A stretch of 64,000 nucleotides of DNA from Alphaproteobacteria bacterium. GTDB taxonomy: Bacteria; Pseudomonadota; Alphaproteobacteria; UBA7887. Of this stretch, positions 60,550 through 64,000 are shown piece by piece. Location of the stretch: assembly GCA_965216755.1 (NCBI GenBank), contig CBDCGL010000011.1:96001-160000 (forward strand). The letters are read 5' to 3'. Under the pieces are notes generated by a model that was not told the origin of the DNA, did not search any database, and was given only the letters and a program-made list of their open reading frames with translations. Numbering within the stretch: the first letter of the stretch is position 1; every line of letters begins with the position of its first letter. The position numbers and the translations under genes are program-made.

Positions 60550-61712
60550 GATTGCCGAAGCCAGACAAAGTTAATGTGGAAACGGGTGACCTGACCGGCG
60601 CTTTGTCGCCGATTGAAGAGATCATCGCTGATGCGCGCAGCGGCCGCATGTTTGTCTTGGTTGACGACGAAGATCGCGAGAATGAGGGTGATTTGATCAT
60701 TCCGGCGGAAAAGATCACGCCAGATGCGATCAATTTCATGGCCACGCACGGGCGCGGACTGATCTGCTTGGCGATGACGGCACAACGGGTGCGCGAGCTC
60801 GGCCTGAAGCCCATGGATCGTCGCTACGGTTCACGCTTTGACACAGCGTTCACCGTATCCATTGAAGCGCGCGAAGGTGTAACGACAGGTATTTCGGCGC
60901 ACGATCGTGCCCGGACGGTTCGGGTTGCGATCGATCCACAGTCAACCGCCGCTGATATTGCGACGCCTGGTCATATTTTTCCAATCGCGGCCCGCGATGG
61001 CGGCGTACTTTCGCGTGCGGGCCATACGGAAGCCGCCGTGGATATCGCGCGATTGGCTGGCCTGACGCCGGCGGGAGTCATATGCGAGATCCTCAATGAC
61101 GACGGGACGATGGCCCGACTGCCTGATTTGGTCGGATTCTGTGCCAAACATGGATTGAAAATCGCAACCATCGCCGACCTCATCGCCAGCCGGCGACGTA
61201 CCGAGCAAATCGTATCTCGGGTTGTCGAACATGCCTTCGATAGTCGGTATGGCGGTCAGTTTCGCATGATCGTCTATGCCAATTTGGCCGAGTATGCTGA
61301 GCACATCGCTTTGGTCAAAGGGGATTTGGAAGGCGACGAACCGGTCATTGTCCGCGTCCACGCTCTGGATGTAATGACCGATGTTTTGGGAGATCGTGAG
61401 GATGCCGGGTTGAGCGATTTGCACGCGGCAATGCAGGCTATTGGTGCGCATGGCCGCGGTGTCCTCGTACTCATTCGCGAGCCGCGCGAGACGACGTTGT
61501 CCGAGAGCGTCAGAATTCGGATGGGACATGTGGCTAAACCGCCAGCTTGGCGAGACTACGGCATCGGCGCCCAAATTCTGCGGGATTTGGGGGTCCGACG
61601 CATGATCCTGTTGTCGAATACGCCGCGGGCCTATCCGGGGTTGGACGGCTTTGGCCTCGAAATCGTCGGATATGAGCCGGTTTCTCACGATCTGGGTGGT
61701 GAGCGTGCATGA
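60546..61712 (+). CDS. ribB: 3,4-dihydroxy-2-butanone-4-phosphate synthase with a degenerate GTP cyclohydrolase II domain
   Basis: DDEDRENEGD, GLICL, TTGISA.DR, PGH, GHTEA, CEI; C-terminal domain lacks the Zn cysteines. Confidence 0.95.
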   Translation: MRLPKPDKVNVETGDLTGALSPIEEIIADARSGRMFVLVDDEDRENEGDLIIPAEKITPDAINFMATHGRGLICLAMTAQRVRELGLKPMDRRYGSRFDTAFTVSIEAREGVTTGISAHDRARTVRVAIDPQSTAADIATPGHIFPIAARDGGVLSRAGHTEAAVDIARLAGLTPAGVICEILNDDGTMARLPDLVGFCAKHGLKIATIADLIASRRRTEQIVSRVVEHAFDSRYGGQFRMIVYANLAEYAEHIALVKGDLEGDEPVIVRVHALDVMTDVLGDREDAGLSDLHAAMQAIGAHGRGVLVLIREPRETTLSESVRIRMGHVAKPPAWRDYGIGAQILRDLGVRRMILLSNTPRAYPGLDGFGLEIVGYEPVSHDLGGERA

Positions 61713-62149
61713 ACGGAAGCGTCCGTATCCTCATCGTCACGGCAACATTCTACGAGGACATTGCGACAGCCTTGGTGAACGGTGCGACCCAAGAGCTTTT
61801 GCAAGGCGGTGCGTTGCATGAGCTCGTCGAAGTTCCGGGCGCTTTCGAGATTCCGGCTGCAATAGCGTTCGCCGCCCAAACCAAGCGGTTTGACGGCTAC
61901 GTTGCCCTTGGATGCGTGATCCGTGGTGAAACGAGCCACTACGACTATGTCTGCGGGGAAAGTGCGCGCGGCCTGATGGATCTTGCGATCGGCAAGTGTT
62001 TGGCGATCGGCTATGGCATTTTGACGGTTGAAACGCACGATCAAGCTTGGCAACGCGCCGCGGTGGATCGGGGCAATAAGGGGGCTAGTGCCGCTGCCGC
62101 TTGTATGTCAATGGTCAAGCTCCGCCGTGAAGTCCTGGTCGGCGTGTGA
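61709..62149 (+). CDS. ribH: 6,7-dimethyl-8-ribityllumazine synthase
   Basis: VPGAFEIP, LGCVIRGETSHYD, GILTVE, NKG. Confidence 0.96.
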   Translation: MNGSVRILIVTATFYEDIATALVNGATQELLQGGALHELVEVPGAFEIPAAIAFAAQTKRFDGYVALGCVIRGETSHYDYVCGESARGLMDLAIGKCLAIGYGILTVETHDQAWQRAAVDRGNKGASAAAACMSMVKLRREVLVGV

Positions 62150-62661
62150 GTGCGGTTTTGGTTCGGTATCTCAAACGCGAACGCAGCGCCGCCCGGCTCG
62201 CAGCCGTTCAAGGTCTCTATCAGATTGAGTTTACCGGCCGCTCACCCGAAACCGTTCTTGCCGAGGCGACACGGCATCGATTGGTACCGATGACCGAGGA
62301 TGAGAAATATGTCGAACCCGACGAAGCGTTGTTTCGCGACATCGTTGGCGGTGTCGCCGAAGAACGCGAGGCGCTGAGCGAGATTGTCGCCGAAACCCTC
62401 GTCGAGGGTTGGGCGATCGCGCGGCTCGACCCAACCTTGCGCGCGTTGTTGCTCGCAGGTGCGTATGAATTGCGCAAGCATCGCGATGTCCCCGCGCGTG
62501 TAACCATTGATGAATATGTCAGTTTGGCGCACGGCTTCTTCTCAAATGTCGAGTCCGGTTTTGTTAACGGCGTTCTCGATCGGCTTGCTCATAGGTTGCG
62601 CGCGGACGAAATGTCTGCAGCCGATCAATTAGGGCCCAATCCAGAACGATCTGATGGCTAA
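62146..62661 (+). CDS. nusB: transcription antitermination factor NusB
   Basis: RSAARLAAVQGLYQ, IDEYV.LA, FVNGVLD. Confidence 0.95.
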   Translation: MSAVLVRYLKRERSAARLAAVQGLYQIEFTGRSPETVLAEATRHRLVPMTEDEKYVEPDEALFRDIVGGVAEEREALSEIVAETLVEGWAIARLDPTLRALLLAGAYELRKHRDVPARVTIDEYVSLAHGFFSNVESGFVNGVLDRLAHRLRADEMSAADQLGPNPERSDG

Positions 62662-63637
62662 GCGACGTGGCGAGTTCGCGCTAATTGAAGAATTGCTTGC
62701 GCCGTTGGCGGCTGGGCACCTCGGTGCGTTCGGACTCAAAGACGATGCTGCGACGCTGCGTGTGCCGGATGGTCAAGAGCTTGTGGTCACCGCCGACATG
62801 ACTGTCGCAGGTGTTCATTTCGCGATGGTCGACGCGCCAGCCGATATCGCGTCCAAGACGTTAAGGGTCAATTTGAGCGACCTGGCGGCCATGGGAGCCA
62901 CGCCGCGCGGATACTTGATGACCATTGCCCGGCCATCGTCATGCAACGATCAATGGATGGCAGAATTTGCGGTTGGCCTGAAGTCGGATCAAGATGCGTT
63001 CGGGTTGTCGCTGATCGGTGGCGATACGGTTGCCACAGCCGGCCCCTTGACGTTGTCTGTCACGGCGTTGGGAACAGTGGCGATTGGCTCGGCCCTGCGA
63101 CGCAATGGGGCGCGGCCAGGTGATGACTTGTACGTATCGGGTACGATCGGCGATGCAGCGCTTGCGTTGGCAATATCGGAGGCTGTTGGTCAGCGGCTCG
63201 GTACATCAAAGGCTGATTTTTTGCGTCAACGCTTGGTTCGGCCGACGCCGCGGATCTCTTTGGGGCGGGGGCTTGTTGGTGTCGCCTCGTCGGCGATTGA
63301 CATTTCCGACGGTCTGGTGGCCGATTTGCAGCACATTTGCGATGTATCGCATGTCGGTGCGGACGTTCGCGTCGACGAGATTCCGTTATCCGAGCCGACC
63401 GACGAAGCACTGCTGATTGAGCCCGATTTGATCGATCATGTGCTCGCCGGCGGCGATGATTATGAGCTGTTATTTACCGCCGCACCGTCTTTGTCCAATC
63501 GTGTCACGCAAGCCGCGCACATCGCCAAAGTCAGCTTGGCCAAGATTGGGACAATCACCGAGTCGACCGCGATCGTCCTTCGGCGCGCGGACGGTCTTGT
63601 CCACAGGCTCGGTCGGACCGGTTATACGCACTTCTGA
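62654..63637 (+). CDS. thiL: thiamine-monophosphate kinase
   Basis: EFALI, DDAA, NLSDLAAMGA, GGDT, DISDGL, GGDDYEL, GYTHF. Confidence 0.96.
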   Translation: MAKRRGEFALIEELLAPLAAGHLGAFGLKDDAATLRVPDGQELVVTADMTVAGVHFAMVDAPADIASKTLRVNLSDLAAMGATPRGYLMTIARPSSCNDQWMAEFAVGLKSDQDAFGLSLIGGDTVATAGPLTLSVTALGTVAIGSALRRNGARPGDDLYVSGTIGDAALALAISEAVGQRLGTSKADFLRQRLVRPTPRISLGRGLVGVASSAIDISDGLVADLQHICDVSHVGADVRVDEIPLSEPTDEALLIEPDLIDHVLAGGDDYELLFTAAPSLSNRVTQAAHIAKVSLAKIGTITESTAIVLRRADGLVHRLGRTGYTHF

Positions 63638-63806
63638 AGGTAAGCGCGGGCGCCTGTCGGTACCTGTCTTTTTTTGACTAGTTGCTTTCTTGAAGACCGT
63701 CTGGCATGTTCCCGGCCGTCTCACGGTTATCGCCCAGCCCTCCGTATCCCGGTGGCGTCGCTCGCCAGGGCGGAGTGTTTCGTTGTTGGCAAAGGGTCAT
63801 TAATCC

Positions 63807-64000
63807 ATGTCGATAGCTCTTAGTTTTGCGCTGCTTTGCGGCGTCATTGCCATTGCATATGGCATCTTTACAACATTCCAAGTACTTGCGGCAGATGCCG
63901 GCAGCGATCGCATGCGCGAGATTGCGGGCGCGGTTCAAGAGGGCGCACGAGCCTATTTGAACCGCCAATATCTGGCTATCGCCATCGTTGGCATTGTCGT
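63807..64000 (+). CDS. hppA: membrane H+/Na+-translocating pyrophosphatase (3' truncated by window edge)
   Basis: Manual translation MSIALSFALLCGVIAIAYG...DAGSDRMREIAGAVQEGARAYLNRQY, the conserved HppA N-terminus; position after thiL is typical. Confidence 0.9.
   Translation, partial: MSIALSFALLCGVIAIAYGIFTTFQVLAADAGSDRMREIAGAVQEGARAYLNRQYLAIAIVGIV

Noticed and set aside
61200-61712. RibA domain lacking zinc cysteines as a novelty
   Set aside because: Degenerate RibBX-type fusions are well known in Proteobacteria
63645-63675. Intrinsic terminator after thiL
   Set aside because: A T7 run is present, but the stem depends on several G-U pairs and a mismatch, too weak to call
63678-63968. 96-aa minus-strand ORF
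   Set aside because: Antisense to the hppA N-terminus

Overview
Chromosomal segment from a moderately GC-rich alphaproteobacterium, judged from MucR/Ros, the rpiB-glyA-nrdR-ribDEBH-nusB-thiL-hppA order and the metY/CoA-binding/crotonase block beside rplM-rpsI-argC. Housekeeping blocks lie near both ends. The middle is accessory metabolism: a Liv-type ABC transporter with a fused indolepyruvate:ferredoxin oxidoreductase, acyl-CoA ligase, CoA-transferase and crotonase; a divergent MarR + NosR-like / MMPL + LolA-like locus around a perfect double-palindrome; a patchwork after tRNA-Ser(GCT) (lanpepsy-like tandem PepSY protein, lactonase, OmpA, SDR, LLM, LarA-like, CoA-transferase, amidohydrolase, phage CII-like regulator); and a sugar-type ABC transporter. 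Features absent from the ORF track: a 58-aa Flp pilin, tRNA-Ser, the 5' end of hppA, a -1 frameshift in a lipoprotein gene, and two copies of a 107-bp CTAG-bounded double-hairpin repeat. I saw no CRISPR array, rRNA, integrase or transposase. All family calls come from motif recognition by eye; no searches were run.
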